NCBI GenBank assembly: GCA_963712905.1
Contig: CAVQJU010000014.1
Span: 170,661-234,660 of the forward strand
DNA: 64,000 nt
Source: an uncultured Acidobacteriota bacterium
Lineage (GTDB): Bacteria > Acidobacteriota > Vicinamibacteria > Vicinamibacterales > CAVVIG01
Direction of reading: 5' to 3'
Shown here piece after piece: positions 1-9,071 of the stretch. The position numbers and the translations under genes are program-made. Below the pieces are notes generated by a model, which did not search any database, was not told where the DNA came from, and saw only the letters and a program-made list of their open reading frames with translations. The first letter of the stretch is position 1, and each line of letters begins with the position of its first letter.

Positions 1-767
1 GCACGCCGCTGATCGCGTTGATCACAATGTCAGACGCATCGATCGTCATGTAGCGCCCGCTGGCCGGCACGTTCGTGTACTCTGCGTTCGCTGCGCGGGC
101 CACGGCGGCCTTCCAGCCCTCGTGCACGCGCCGCACGGACTTGACGTTGGCGCCGCTGACTCCGCCGGCGGTCAGCACATGGATGGGAATTGGCGGGAGA
201 TTCGGGCAGTCGCGCCGCAAAGCCGCGAGAGACGGTCGAATCCCGGCGCCTTCGGATCGAGCAGTCCGAATCGAGATCCTCCACTGGGCCGGGTCGGCCA
301 GGCGTTGTTCGGTGAGCGTCCGGAGTGTGGCCGGCGATCCGGGCGGGCAGAGTTGCCTGAGGAGCCAGCGCCGGCCGGACGTGACCCGCGAGGCGACGCC
401 CATGAGCCAATACGTCGCCGGAAGCAGTGCGAAGGCGCGGGAATCGACGACCTCGTGGGTGGCGTCCACCAGCACGAGCCCGGCGACGTCTGCTGGATGG
501 GCATGGGCGAAGACGCGTGCGATGACGCCGCCCCAGCTGTGGCCCACGAGCACGTACGGCGGGCCGACGGCCAGAGCGGTGAGAAGCTGCCGCAACTCGA
601 CAGCCATGTCGGCGACCGTCCGGGCCCGCCCTCGATCGGCGGCGCAACCGCATCCCACGCTTCGAGCGGTAACGCGAGGCCACTGATGAAGACGACCGTG
701 ACACGGCCGCGACCTGCGACCACGGCTTCGACCCGGCCGCCGGCGACGTCAACACTCCGGCGTTCCA
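1..767 (-). pseudogene. alpha/beta-fold hydrolase, disrupted as sequenced; 3' end lies beyond the window start
   Basis: A minus-strand ATG at 767 opens MERRSVDVAGGRVEAVVAGRGRVTVVFISGLALPLEAWDAVAPPIEG, a typical hydrolase N-terminal strand. The rest of the fold (RTVADMAVELRQLLTALAVGPPYVLVGHSWGGVIARVFAHAHPADVAGLVLVDATHE..., with GxSxG elbow GHSWG) reads in another minus frame from about nt 630 down to nt 1. The strand normally found between the two parts (..VxxxDxxGxGxS..) is missing. Confidence 0.55.
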
Positions 768-846
768 TATCGCCCCCCTTGGACACCTGTTCCGCCGGTT
801 TGCTCCCTCTGGCAACGTGCGGCAGCGGGCGCGGGGATAATAGGGC

Positions 847-1899
847 ATGGATTCGCCCCCGGCGCGAAAGCGACGGCCACGATACTCGGGCAGAAACCCG
901 CGCAAGTTTCACGAGAAATACAAGGAACTGAGCCCGGAGCGCTACGCGTCGGACATTCAGAAGGTCATTCAGTCCGGGAAGACGCCGGCTGGCATGCACC
1001 GCTCGATCATGATCGACGAGGTGCTGCGCGTGCTCGCGCCCGTGCCGGGGGACGTCGCGGTCGATTGCACGCTGGGCTTTGGCGGCCACGCCCGCGCGAT
1101 CCTCGAACGGGTCCAACCGGGCGGACGGCTGATCGGCCTCGATGTCGATCCGCTCGAACTGCCGCGCACGGAAGCGCGTCTGAGAATGGCCGGATTCGAC
1201 GCCGGCTCGTTCGCGGCACACCGGAGCAACTTCGCCGGCCTGCCGCAGGTGCTCGCCGCCGAGGAAGTCACGGGCGCAAACGTGATCCTCGCGGACCTTG
1301 GCGTTTCATCGATGCAGCTGGACAACCCGGAGCGCGGGTTCACCTACAAGGAATCCGGCCCGCTCGACATGCGGATGAACCCGTCACGCGGCGAGCCGGC
1401 GTCGCGCCTGCTCGCGCACGTGAGCGTGGAGAAGCTCGCGCGCATGCTCCAGGACAACGCCGACGAGCCGCACGCGGAGCTCATCGCCGGACTCCTGAAG
1501 CAGTCGCCGATGACGACGACCGAGGACCTCTGCCGGAGCGTCAGCCGGGGTGTCACGCAGGCCCTGCCGCGGGCGGGGAAGCGTGAGGTGGAAGCGTCGA
1601 TCCGCCGCACGTTCCAGGCGCTGCGCATCGCGGTGAACGACGAATTCTCGGCGCTCGACGCGCTCCTTCGCCAGCTGCCGTTCTGCCTTGCGCCGGGTGG
1701 GCGCGTGGCGATCCTGACGTTCCATTCCGGAGAAGACCGGCGCGTGAAGAAGGCCTTCGATGCGGGTCGGCTCGCCGGCGCCTACTCGACGATTGCGGAC
1801 GATGTGATTCGTCCGTCCAGGGATGAAATCCGTTCCAATCCTCGCGCGGCATCGACGAAGCTGCGATGGGCGGTCCGGTGCGATCAGCGCGCCGGGTAG
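847..1899 (+). CDS. rsmH: 16S rRNA (cytosine1402-N4)-methyltransferase RsmH/MraW family
   Basis: 350-aa ORF with RsmH-type blocks: VDCTLGFGGHA (SAM site), ILADLGVSSMQLD, LDMRM, FQALRIAVNDE, ILTFHSGEDRRVK. Confidence 0.85.
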   Translation: MDSPPARKRRPRYSGRNPRKFHEKYKELSPERYASDIQKVIQSGKTPAGMHRSIMIDEVLRVLAPVPGDVAVDCTLGFGGHARAILERVQPGGRLIGLDVDPLELPRTEARLRMAGFDAGSFAAHRSNFAGLPQVLAAEEVTGANVILADLGVSSMQLDNPERGFTYKESGPLDMRMNPSRGEPASRLLAHVSVEKLARMLQDNADEPHAELIAGLLKQSPMTTTEDLCRSVSRGVTQALPRAGKREVEASIRRTFQALRIAVNDEFSALDALLRQLPFCLAPGGRVAILTFHSGEDRRVKKAFDAGRLAGAYSTIADDVIRPSRDEIRSNPRAASTKLRWAVRCDQRAG

Positions 1900-1924
1900 G
1901 TCGGGTGGGTCGGGCGGGGCAGGG

Positions 1925-3487
1925 ATGATGGACATGAAGCGATCCGAGTTTGTTGAGCCACTTCCCGAGCGGCCCACCCTCGAAACGGAGCAGGCGCGGG
2001 CGAAAGAACTGCACCGCAGCGCCCAAGTTGGCGATGCCGACGCGCTGACCCGCATTCGCGCCCTGCATCCGCAGCCGCCTGCGCTCGACGCGCTGACGCT
2101 CTCGGACGCGCAGCTCGTCGTCGCCCGCGGGTACGGGTTCGCGAACTGGGCGGCGATGAAGCGCAAGATCGAATCGCTGATGAAGACGCTCGTGGAGCGG
2201 TTTCTCGCCGCCTTGTATGCCGGCGACGTGGCGGAAGTCCGCAATCTGCTGAACGAGCACGCGGACGTCAGGGCCGCGGTGAACGAGCCAATCTGTCACT
2301 TCAACAGCCGGCCCGCGGCACAGGCGAAGAAGAACCTGCCGTTGATTGATGTTCTGCTCGCGCACGGCGCCGACCTGAACCTCAAGAGCACGTGGTGGGC
2401 CGGCGGGTTCGGGCTGCTGGAATACGGCTGCACGCCGGAGGAAGCCGCGCCGCTCATCGCGCGTGGCGCGATCGCCGACGTGTTTGCGGCGGCCCACCTC
2501 GGCATGTTCGATCGGCTGCGCGAGCTCGTGGACGCCGATCCCTCGCTCGTCCACGCTCGGGGCGGCGACGGCAAGACGCCGCTGCACTGCGCGCGCACGG
2601 CCGACATGGCCCGCTACCTGATCGATCTCGGCGCCGACATCGACGCGCGCTGCGTCGATCACGAGTCCACTCCGGTCCAGTATCTGGTCCGCGAGGCCCC
2701 GGATGTGGCGCGCCTGCTCGTCGATCGCGGTGCCTGGTTCGATATCTTCGCCGCCGTCGGCCTGCGCGACCCGATGCTTGTCGAGCGCTGCCTGCACGAA
2801 GATCCGTCAGCCCTCGATCATCGAACCTGGCACGGCTTGTACACCGTCGCCCATGACGGCACGCGAGCCGCGACGCGCCAGGAGATCGGCGATCGTCGCG
2901 GTGACATCTATCGATGGGTCTTCGGGCACAACGTGTCGGCGATCGATGCGGCCGTCATGCTGGGGTTCGACGACATCGTCGAGTTGCTGCTGCGTCACGC
3001 GTCGCCGGTCCAGCGGCTGCTCGCCGCCTGCACGGCCGGCGATCGCGCCGCGGCGCAGGCCGTCGTTGATGCGCATCCAGGCGTCGTGTCCACGCTGGGG
3101 AGCGAGCAGATGCGGTTGATCGCGGACCGGGCCCACGCGAACGATCTCCAGGCCGTCGCGCTGATGATCGACCTCGGGTTCGATTCGCTCGCGCGCGGCG
3201 TCGAGGGCTGGGAACCGCTTCGCTGGGCCGCGTTCCACGGAAACGCCGACATGGTCCGGCGGCTGCTGACTCGCCCGGCGCCAATCGGGGTACCGGACCC
3301 CACGTACGGCGGGCCGCCGCTGGGGCAGTGTCTCTACGGGTCGCTGCACGGCTGGAGCCGCGGCACCGGCGACTTCGCCGCCACGGTTCAACTGCTGCTC
3401 GACGCGGGCGAGCGTCCCGAGCCGGCGATCCTGCCGACGGGCCGAGACGACGTGGACGCCGTCCTGCGCGCGTATTTCAAGACGTAG
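1925..3487 (+). CDS. ankyrin-repeat protein
   Basis: Frame of ORF 1823..3487; first ATG after the rsmH stop is at 1925. Ankyrin-like units recur: NLPLIDVLLAHGADLNL, GKTPLHCARTADMARYLIDLGADIDA, STPVQYLVREAPDVARLLVDRGA, WEPLRWAAFHGNADMVRRLL. Confidence 0.75.
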   Translation: MMDMKRSEFVEPLPERPTLETEQARAKELHRSAQVGDADALTRIRALHPQPPALDALTLSDAQLVVARGYGFANWAAMKRKIESLMKTLVERFLAALYAGDVAEVRNLLNEHADVRAAVNEPICHFNSRPAAQAKKNLPLIDVLLAHGADLNLKSTWWAGGFGLLEYGCTPEEAAPLIARGAIADVFAAAHLGMFDRLRELVDADPSLVHARGGDGKTPLHCARTADMARYLIDLGADIDARCVDHESTPVQYLVREAPDVARLLVDRGAWFDIFAAVGLRDPMLVERCLHEDPSALDHRTWHGLYTVAHDGTRAATRQEIGDRRGDIYRWVFGHNVSAIDAAVMLGFDDIVELLLRHASPVQRLLAACTAGDRAAAQAVVDAHPGVVSTLGSEQMRLIADRAHANDLQAVALMIDLGFDSLARGVEGWEPLRWAAFHGNADMVRRLLTRPAPIGVPDPTYGGPPLGQCLYGSLHGWSRGTGDFAATVQLLLDAGERPEPAILPTGRDDVDAVLRAYFKT

Positions 3488-3575
3488 CGGCAGGCTTCAA
3501 CCGGCCGGCGAACGTCCGCCTGACCCTCGACAAGCTCAGGTCACCCCGAGCGATGTCGAGGGGTGAAGGCGGACG

Positions 3576-3977
3576 CTACTTTTGCATCACGGCGACTTGA
3601 GCCCGCCGGCGTCCGAATTTCACAGCGTCATTACAATTCGGGACGTACAAGTCCACGTGGCGCCCGCGGACCTTCGGGCCGGTGTCCGCCACGAGGTAGA
3701 CGCCGTTGTAGCGCTCGTCCAACCCGGTGATCCTGATGCGCGAGCCCAGCCGGAGGACGGATGGATCGGCCGCGACGGTGCTTCTGGTCGGCACCGTGCC
3801 GGTCGCGGTCCGCGTGCCTCTGCAGTAGGCCGTCGCCGTGAACGATGAGGTGGGAGCAGGTGGTGGGGCTGGCAACTCGGTCACCGGCGGCTCTGGGGGC
3901 CTGTCCACAGGTTTGACGCGGCCGGCGCAGCCTTCAGCGAGAAGGATGAGTGCGAGCAGCGCGAATCGCCTGGCCAT
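3576..3977 (-). CDS. 3D-domain (MltA/RlpA-like double-psi barrel) lipoprotein
   Basis: MARRFALLALILLAEGC lipobox signal, a Pro-rich linker, then FTATAYC..GTRTATGT......VAADPSVLRLGSRIRI....YNGVYLVADTGPKVRGRHVDLY, typical of 3D domains. Start taken at the internal ATG (3977) of ORF 3576..3995. Confidence 0.7.
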   Translation of the reverse strand: MARRFALLALILLAEGCAGRVKPVDRPPEPPVTELPAPPPAPTSSFTATAYCRGTRTATGTVPTRSTVAADPSVLRLGSRIRITGLDERYNGVYLVADTGPKVRGRHVDLYVPNCNDAVKFGRRRAQVAVMQK

Positions 3978-4010
3978 GGTCGTGGCGATACGCAAGAAGC
4001 CCGCCGCCTG

Positions 4011-4032
4011 GCGTCCGGCTGAAGCCGGACGC
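4011..4032 (-). terminator. GC-rich hairpin downstream of the PQQ dehydrogenase gene
   Basis: GCGTCCGGC (4011-4019) pairs perfectly with GCCGGACGC (4024-4032) around loop TGAA. It sits 7 nt beyond the stop at 4039. There is no U-tract, so intrinsic-terminator function is uncertain. Confidence 0.4.
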
Positions 4033-4038
4033 TAAGGC

Positions 4039-5640
4039 CTAGTCCGGAAGCCCGAACGCGACCAGCGAGGTCCCCGAGCCGATGACCACCTGCTGCTTGC
4101 CGTCGAGCATGTACGTCATCGCGGCGGCGCCCCAGATCGGCGAGCCGGTGGGGTAGAACCAGAGGTTCTTGCCCGTCTTCGCGTTGAACGCCATGAAGTT
4201 GCCTTCGTTGTCGCCCGCGAACACGACGCCAGACGCCGTGGACATCACGCCCGCCATCGTGGGCGTTTCGTACTTGAACTCCCACTTGCGCTCGACGGTC
4301 ACCGGGTCGATCGCGCGCAGGACGCCGTAGCTGCGGTCCGCGTAGCGTTGAACAGTCCCGCCCATCAGGCCGCGGCCCGGCGTGAACTCTTCCTTCGCCG
4401 GGTAGTACGTGGCGCACGTTTCGCGCACCGTGACGAAGAACATCCGGAGCGCCGGATCGTAGGACGGCGGCATGTGGTTCGTGCTGCCCCACTGATCGGG
4501 GAGGCAGCCCTTGCTGCCGTCGTTGACGACGATCGGGTGGCCGTCCTGATCCAGTTCGCGCGCCCACGTCTGGTCGCTGAAAGGTTTGCCCACGATCAGC
4601 TTGCCCGTGACGCGATCGAGCACGTAGAAGAAGCCGTTGCGGTTGGCGACCATGACGGTCTTGCGCAACTGGCCGCCGATCGGCACGTCGGCGATGACCG
4701 GCACGTGATTCGAGTCCCAGTCGTGCAGGTCGTGCGGTGTGAACTGGAAGTACCACTTCAGCTTGCCCGTGTCCGCGTCGATCGCGACCAGCGAAGCGGT
4801 ATACAGGTTCGTGCCCTTTCGATCCTCTCCGTAGTAATCCGGGTTCGGGTTGCCCGTGCCGTAGTAGAGCAGGTTCAACTCGGGATCGTAGCTCCCGGTG
4901 ACCCACGCGCCGCCGCCGCCGCGCGCGATGGCGTCGGTCTTGGGCCACGTCTCGCTGCCGGGTTCGCCCGGGCCGGGCACGGTGTAGAAGCGCCAGGCGA
5001 GCTTGCCCGTGGCGGCATCGTACGCGTCAATGAATCCACGGGTCGGCCAGTCGCTGCCGGAGATCCCCATGATGACTTTGTCTTTCACGACGAGCGGCGC
5101 CGCGGTCGCGGCGTAGCCAAGCTTGTAGTCGGCCATCACCGCGTCCCAGGCGACGGTGCCTGTTCGCGTGTCGAGCGCGATCAGGTGCGCGTCGGCTGTT
5201 GGCATGAACAGCTTGTCGCCGAGGATCGCGAAGCCGCGGTTTACTGGAGAGGTCGCGCCGTACGTTAGGTCGTTCGGCAGCGTGCGTTTGTAGTTCCAGA
5301 ACGGGCGGCCGGTGCGCGCGTCGATCGCCCACGCGTTGTTGAAGGGCCCGGGCACATACAGGATGTCGTTGACAGCGAGCGGCGTCCCCTCGAATCCCCG
5401 GCGGGGCACGATGCCGGTCTGGAACGTCCATTTCGCGGTGAGGCGATGGGCGTTGGCCGGCGTGATCTGGGTGAGGGGGCTGTGGCGCTGCCCCGTGAAA
5501 TCGCCGGAGTAGGTGACCCAGCGCGTCGGGTTCTTGTAGCCCTGCAGCAGATCCTGCCACGTCACCGCCGAGGGACCGGACTCCTGCGCGAGCAGCACGG
5601 CGGAGCCAAGGATGGCGGCCGCGATGGCGACTGTCTTCAT
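4039..5640 (-). CDS. PQQ-dependent (quinoprotein) dehydrogenase, periplasmic beta-propeller
   Basis: C-terminal 533 aa of ORF 4039..6411, starting at MKTVAIAAAILGSAVLLAQ (signal peptide). Propeller motifs recur: ALDTRTGTVAW, AYDAATGKLAW, AIDADTGKLKW, VLDRVTGKLI, AFNAKTGKNLW. ATGA start/stop overlap with the upstream cytochrome c. Confidence 0.85.
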   Translation of the reverse strand: MKTVAIAAAILGSAVLLAQESGPSAVTWQDLLQGYKNPTRWVTYSGDFTGQRHSPLTQITPANAHRLTAKWTFQTGIVPRRGFEGTPLAVNDILYVPGPFNNAWAIDARTGRPFWNYKRTLPNDLTYGATSPVNRGFAILGDKLFMPTADAHLIALDTRTGTVAWDAVMADYKLGYAATAAPLVVKDKVIMGISGSDWPTRGFIDAYDAATGKLAWRFYTVPGPGEPGSETWPKTDAIARGGGGAWVTGSYDPELNLLYYGTGNPNPDYYGEDRKGTNLYTASLVAIDADTGKLKWYFQFTPHDLHDWDSNHVPVIADVPIGGQLRKTVMVANRNGFFYVLDRVTGKLIVGKPFSDQTWARELDQDGHPIVVNDGSKGCLPDQWGSTNHMPPSYDPALRMFFVTVRETCATYYPAKEEFTPGRGLMGGTVQRYADRSYGVLRAIDPVTVERKWEFKYETPTMAGVMSTASGVVFAGDNEGNFMAFNAKTGKNLWFYPTGSPIWGAAAMTYMLDGKQQVVIGSGTSLVAFGLPD

Positions 5641-6411
5641 CGTCGTTCTCCCAAGCCCCGCAGGCTGTTCATGAATGTCAGGACGTCGGTCAGGTCGCTG
5701 TCGTTCAGCCGATCGGGGCCGAACGCCGGCATCAGCGAGTTGGTCTCGCGGACGACGTCGCGCACGCTGCTCTTGAGGAAGCCGCGAAGGTGCCCGCCCT
5801 CGTCCATCATCTGAATCGAGAACGCGTCTTCGCTTTTTCGCACGCCGCGGATGCGCTGGCCGTCGCGCGTCGTGACGGTGACGGTCTTGTAGCCGTCCGG
5901 CATGGACGCGTTGGGATCGCGCACGGCCTGTCTCAGCGCCGCAGGCGGCTGGCTCTGCGCGATGACCGAGAGATTCGGGGCCGAGTGGACCGCCGCGGCC
6001 GTTGACCGTGTGGCAGGTGCCGCACGACGCCCAGAAGACCCGCTCGCCGTTCGCGGCGTTGCCTCGCGGCACTTCGGCCGCGCCCGCGCCGTTCAGGCTG
6101 CGCAGGTAGCTCACGAGGTTTCGCAGGTCGGCATCCGGCGCGTTGCTGGAGGGCATGATGGTGTTCGGCACACCCTGCCGGATCGTCTGGAACACGCGTT
6201 CGTCGGTCGCCCCGGAGGCCCACAGCCTGGTCAGGTCGTGTCCCGCCACGCCCTTCGCGTCGCTCCCGTGGCACTCCGCGCACCGCTCGCGGAACGTCGC
6301 CCCACCGGCCTGGACGGCCGGATCGCCCGGCCCGTTCTGCCCGGCTGCGGCACCGGTAATCGCTATCACGACGGCGCAGGCCGTCAGACCCCATTTCGGC
6401 ATGCCGCACAT
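5637..6411 (-). pseudogene. di-haem c-type cytochrome, one frame break as sequenced
   Basis: The N-terminal part (frame of ORF 4039..6411) has a signal peptide and two CxxCH motifs (CAECH, CGTCH). The conserved C-terminal part (RDPNASMPDGYKTVTVTTRDGQRIRGVRKSEDAFSIQMMDEGG...MPAFGPDRLNDSDLTDVLTFMNSL) is in the frame of ORF 5637..5924. Removing one nt in the G-run at 5977-5980 gives a continuous GPLGPNLSVIAQSQPPAALRQAVRDPNAS. Confidence 0.7.
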
Positions 6412-6462
6412 GATACTCGCTGGAGGTTGGAGGTTGGAGGTTGGGCCCCGGGGGGCCGGGAG

Positions 6463-7185
6463 TTATTCCGGGTTCGCGACGAAGCGGTACCCGACGCCGC
6501 GGACGGTCTGCAGGTGCCTCGGGCTCGAGGGTTTGTCTTCCAGGTACCGCCGCAGCCGCACGATGAAGTTGTCGATCGCGCGCGTGTCGGTGTCCTCGCG
6601 AACGCCCCAGACTTTTTCCAGAATTGTCTTGCGCGAGACGGGCCGCCCCTCGTGCTCCACGAGATAGCGGAGCAGCGACGCCTCCATCAGCGTGAGCGGC
6701 ATCGTCTTGTCGCCCATCTGGACCTCGAGCAGCTCGAAATCGATGGTCCGCTCGCGGAACGTGAACCGGCTCGAGACGGCGGGCGCCTGCTCGCGGTTCT
6801 CGCCGAGCCGGAACCACTCGCGGCGCCGCAGCAGGCCCTGGACGCGGGCGATGAGGATCGGCAGTTCGAACGGCTTGGGCAGGTAGTCGTCGGCGCCGGA
6901 CTGGAATCCCTCCAGCACGTCCTCGGGACGGTCGCGCGCGGTCAGCATGAGGACCGGTACGAACTGGCCCGAGCGGCGGAGGTCGGCGACGACCTTGAAG
7001 CCGGTGATGCCCGGCAGCATGACGTCGAGAATCACGAGCTCGAACCGAGCCGGGTCCGCCGTGATCTGGGCGAGGGCGGCTTCCCCGGAGTCCACCACAG
7101 AGACGTCGTGGTGCTCGGCTGTCAGGTTGAAACGCAATCCCTCGGCCAGGTGCTGCTCGTCCTCGACCAGGAGAATGCGGCTCAT
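6463..7185 (-). CDS. OmpR/PhoB-family response regulator
   Basis: Receiver domain (ILLVEDE, LVILDVMLPG, LMLTA, KPF) plus winged-helix output (LTLMEASLLRYL, TVRGVGYRF). 4-nt overlap with the kinase gene. Confidence 0.9.
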   Translation of the reverse strand: MSRILLVEDEQHLAEGLRFNLTAEHHDVSVVDSGEAALAQITADPARFELVILDVMLPGITGFKVVADLRRSGQFVPVLMLTARDRPEDVLEGFQSGADDYLPKPFELPILIARVQGLLRRREWFRLGENREQAPAVSSRFTFRERTIDFELLEVQMGDKTMPLTLMEASLLRYLVEHEGRPVSRKTILEKVWGVREDTDTRAIDNFIVRLRRYLEDKPSSPRHLQTVRGVGYRFVANPE

Positions 7186-8099
7186 TGCGGGGGCTGTTGC
7201 AGGAGCGGCAGCTGCACCGTGAACGTGCTGCCTCGGCCGGGGCCTTCGCTTTCGGCGAAGACCCTCCCGCCGTGGCGCAGCGTGACTGACTGCACGATGA
7301 ACAGCCCCAGCCCCGTGCCTTTGACGCGAAGGGCCACGGCACCCGGAATGCGGTAGAAGCGTTTGAAGATCCGCTTGAGCTCGCCGGTCGAGATGCCGAC
7401 ACCGAGATCGCGCACGCGCAGCGTTGCCTGTGTGCTCTCGGGCTGCTCGAGCTCCACGGCGATCTGCACCTGCGCCCCTGAGTACTTCACCGCGTTGTCC
7501 ACCAGGTTCGAGACGACGGCTTTCAGCTCGTCTTCGTCGCCGAGCACCCGCGGCGTCGCGCCCGGGATCAGCTTCTCATGGTACGTCAGCGCGTTCTCGG
7601 GCAGGTGGTGGCGCGTGCGCGCCAGCGCCACGCAGTCCTGCACGACGGCCGCGAGGTCCACCGGTGTGCGGCTCGTGTGGCGGATCTTGGCGCCGACGCG
7701 TCCCGCGCGCAGGACCTGCTCGATGGTGCCCTGCAGGCGCTCGGTGTCCTCGACCATCACCTTGTAGAACTCCTGCCGCTTGGCGTCGTCGATGCTGCGG
7801 CTCTGGAGCGTCTGGAGATAGAGGCGCATCGAGGCGACGGGGGTCTTCAGTTCGTGGGTGACGGCATGGATGAACGCGTCGTGCTGCTCGTTCCGCCGGA
7901 TTTCGCGGACGAGGAAGATGGTGTTCAGCACCACGCCCGTGATGATGACCGGAAAGATCAGGACGCCGAGGATCAGCAGCCCGGCTTCGCGCCAGTTGAG
8001 GATGACCCAGCTGATGTTGAGGAACACCGCGGCAGCCGTGAGGCAGACGCCGAGGACGATGAAGAAGGCGACCGATCGCCGGCGGCTGCCAGACGTCAT
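7182..8099 (-). CDS. sensor histidine kinase, intramembrane-sensing type (two TM helices, no extracytoplasmic or HAMP domain)
   Basis: TM1 is VAFFIVLGVCLTAAAVFLNISWVIL and TM2 is LLILGVLIFPVIITGVVLNTIFLV, joined by the ~6-aa loop NWREAG. The H-box FIHAVTHELKTP follows directly. N box NLVDNAVKYS; G box KGTGLGLFIV. Confidence 0.9.
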   Translation of the reverse strand: MTSGSRRRSVAFFIVLGVCLTAAAVFLNISWVILNWREAGLLILGVLIFPVIITGVVLNTIFLVREIRRNEQHDAFIHAVTHELKTPVASMRLYLQTLQSRSIDDAKRQEFYKVMVEDTERLQGTIEQVLRAGRVGAKIRHTSRTPVDLAAVVQDCVALARTRHHLPENALTYHEKLIPGATPRVLGDEDELKAVVSNLVDNAVKYSGAQVQIAVELEQPESTQATLRVRDLGVGISTGELKRIFKRFYRIPGAVALRVKGTGLGLFIVQSVTLRHGGRVFAESEGPGRGSTFTVQLPLLQQPPQ

Positions 8100-8127
8100 A
8101 CGCCAAGCATAAGACGATCGGGGCGGG

Positions 8128-9000
8128 TTAGGCGGCGATCTCTTCCTCGGGCACCTGGTTGACCTTTGCGACCTTGACGTCCCAGACGAGGCCGATCTTG
8201 CTGAGGAGGGTCAGTTCAATCCAGGTGGGGTCGAATTCGTACCAGGCCAGGCCGTGCCGCGCCGACACCGGGTGCGCGTGATGGTTGTTGTGCCAGCCTT
8301 CGCCGAACGTCAGCAACGCGACCCACCACGAGTTCTTCGAATCGTCCTTGGTCACGAACCGTCGCCGCCCCCACATGTGGGTCGCGGAGTTGACGAGCCA
8401 GGTGGCGTGCAGGCCCACGACCACGCGCAGGAAGATCGCCCAGTTCACCATCGGCCATCCGCCGATCGCCAGCAGGATGAGTCCCACCGTCGTGAGGGGC
8501 ACCCAGTGATACGTGGACAGCCACTGGTAGAAGCGGTCGCGCCCGAGATCCGGCGCGTAACGCGCCATGATGGCCGTGTCGTTGTGCTGCGCCTCGCCGA
8601 ACACCACCCAGCCCAGGTGCGACCAGAAGCCGCTGACGCGGGGCGTGTGCGGGTCGAGCGTCTGGTCCGAATGCTGATGGTGCTGGCGGTGAATGGCGAC
8701 CCAGAACATCGGGCCGCCTTCGAGCGTCAGCGTCCCGCAGACCGCGAGGAAATACTCGAACAGCTTCGGCGTCTTGAACCCCCGGTGCGTGTGCAGCCGG
8801 TGATAGCCCATGCTGATGCCCAGGCCGACAGCCACCCAGTAGAGGAACGCGGCGACCAGCAGGTTGGTCCAGCTGAACTGAAACAGGGCAACGCCCGCCA
8901 GCACGTGGAACACGACCAGGACGACGGCGGTCAACCAGTTGATCTTCGAGTACCGGGACGTGCCCGGCTGCGCGACGAGGCTGCTCAATGGACGCTCCAA
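8128..9000 (-). CDS. membrane acyl-CoA/acyl-lipid (delta-9-type) fatty-acid desaturase
   Basis: Three His boxes (HRLHTH, HRQHHQHSD, HNNHHAH) and four hydrophobic segments. Apparent TTG start at 9000. Confidence 0.9.
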   Translation of the reverse strand: MERPLSSLVAQPGTSRYSKINWLTAVVLVVFHVLAGVALFQFSWTNLLVAAFLYWVAVGLGISMGYHRLHTHRGFKTPKLFEYFLAVCGTLTLEGGPMFWVAIHRQHHQHSDQTLDPHTPRVSGFWSHLGWVVFGEAQHNDTAIMARYAPDLGRDRFYQWLSTYHWVPLTTVGLILLAIGGWPMVNWAIFLRVVVGLHATWLVNSATHMWGRRRFVTKDDSKNSWWVALLTFGEGWHNNHHAHPVSARHGLAWYEFDPTWIELTLLSKIGLVWDVKVAKVNQVPEEEIAA

Positions 9001-9050
9001 TTGGGGGAATGACGTGCCCTGATAACCCTAACAAGCCCCGGCTTCCTCAA

Positions 9051-9071
9051 CTGTAAGAGTTCTGTAAGACT
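9051..9071 (-). promoter_or_regulatory. phased direct repeat upstream of the desaturase operon (candidate response-regulator box)
   Basis: CTGTAAGAGT (9051-9060) and CTGTAAGACT (9062-9071). The 8-nt core is perfect and the spacing is 11 bp, 51-71 nt upstream of the desaturase start. Confidence 0.4.

Noticed and set aside
5902-7402. Long ORFs 5902..7356 (+, 484 aa) and 5933..7402 (-, 489 aa) spanning the cytochrome c, regulator and kinase region.
   Set aside because: They are Arg/Pro/Gly/Ala-rich with no motifs, and they lie antisense to or out of frame with clearly recognisable response-regulator and kinase genes. This is the typical high-GC shadow-ORF artefact.
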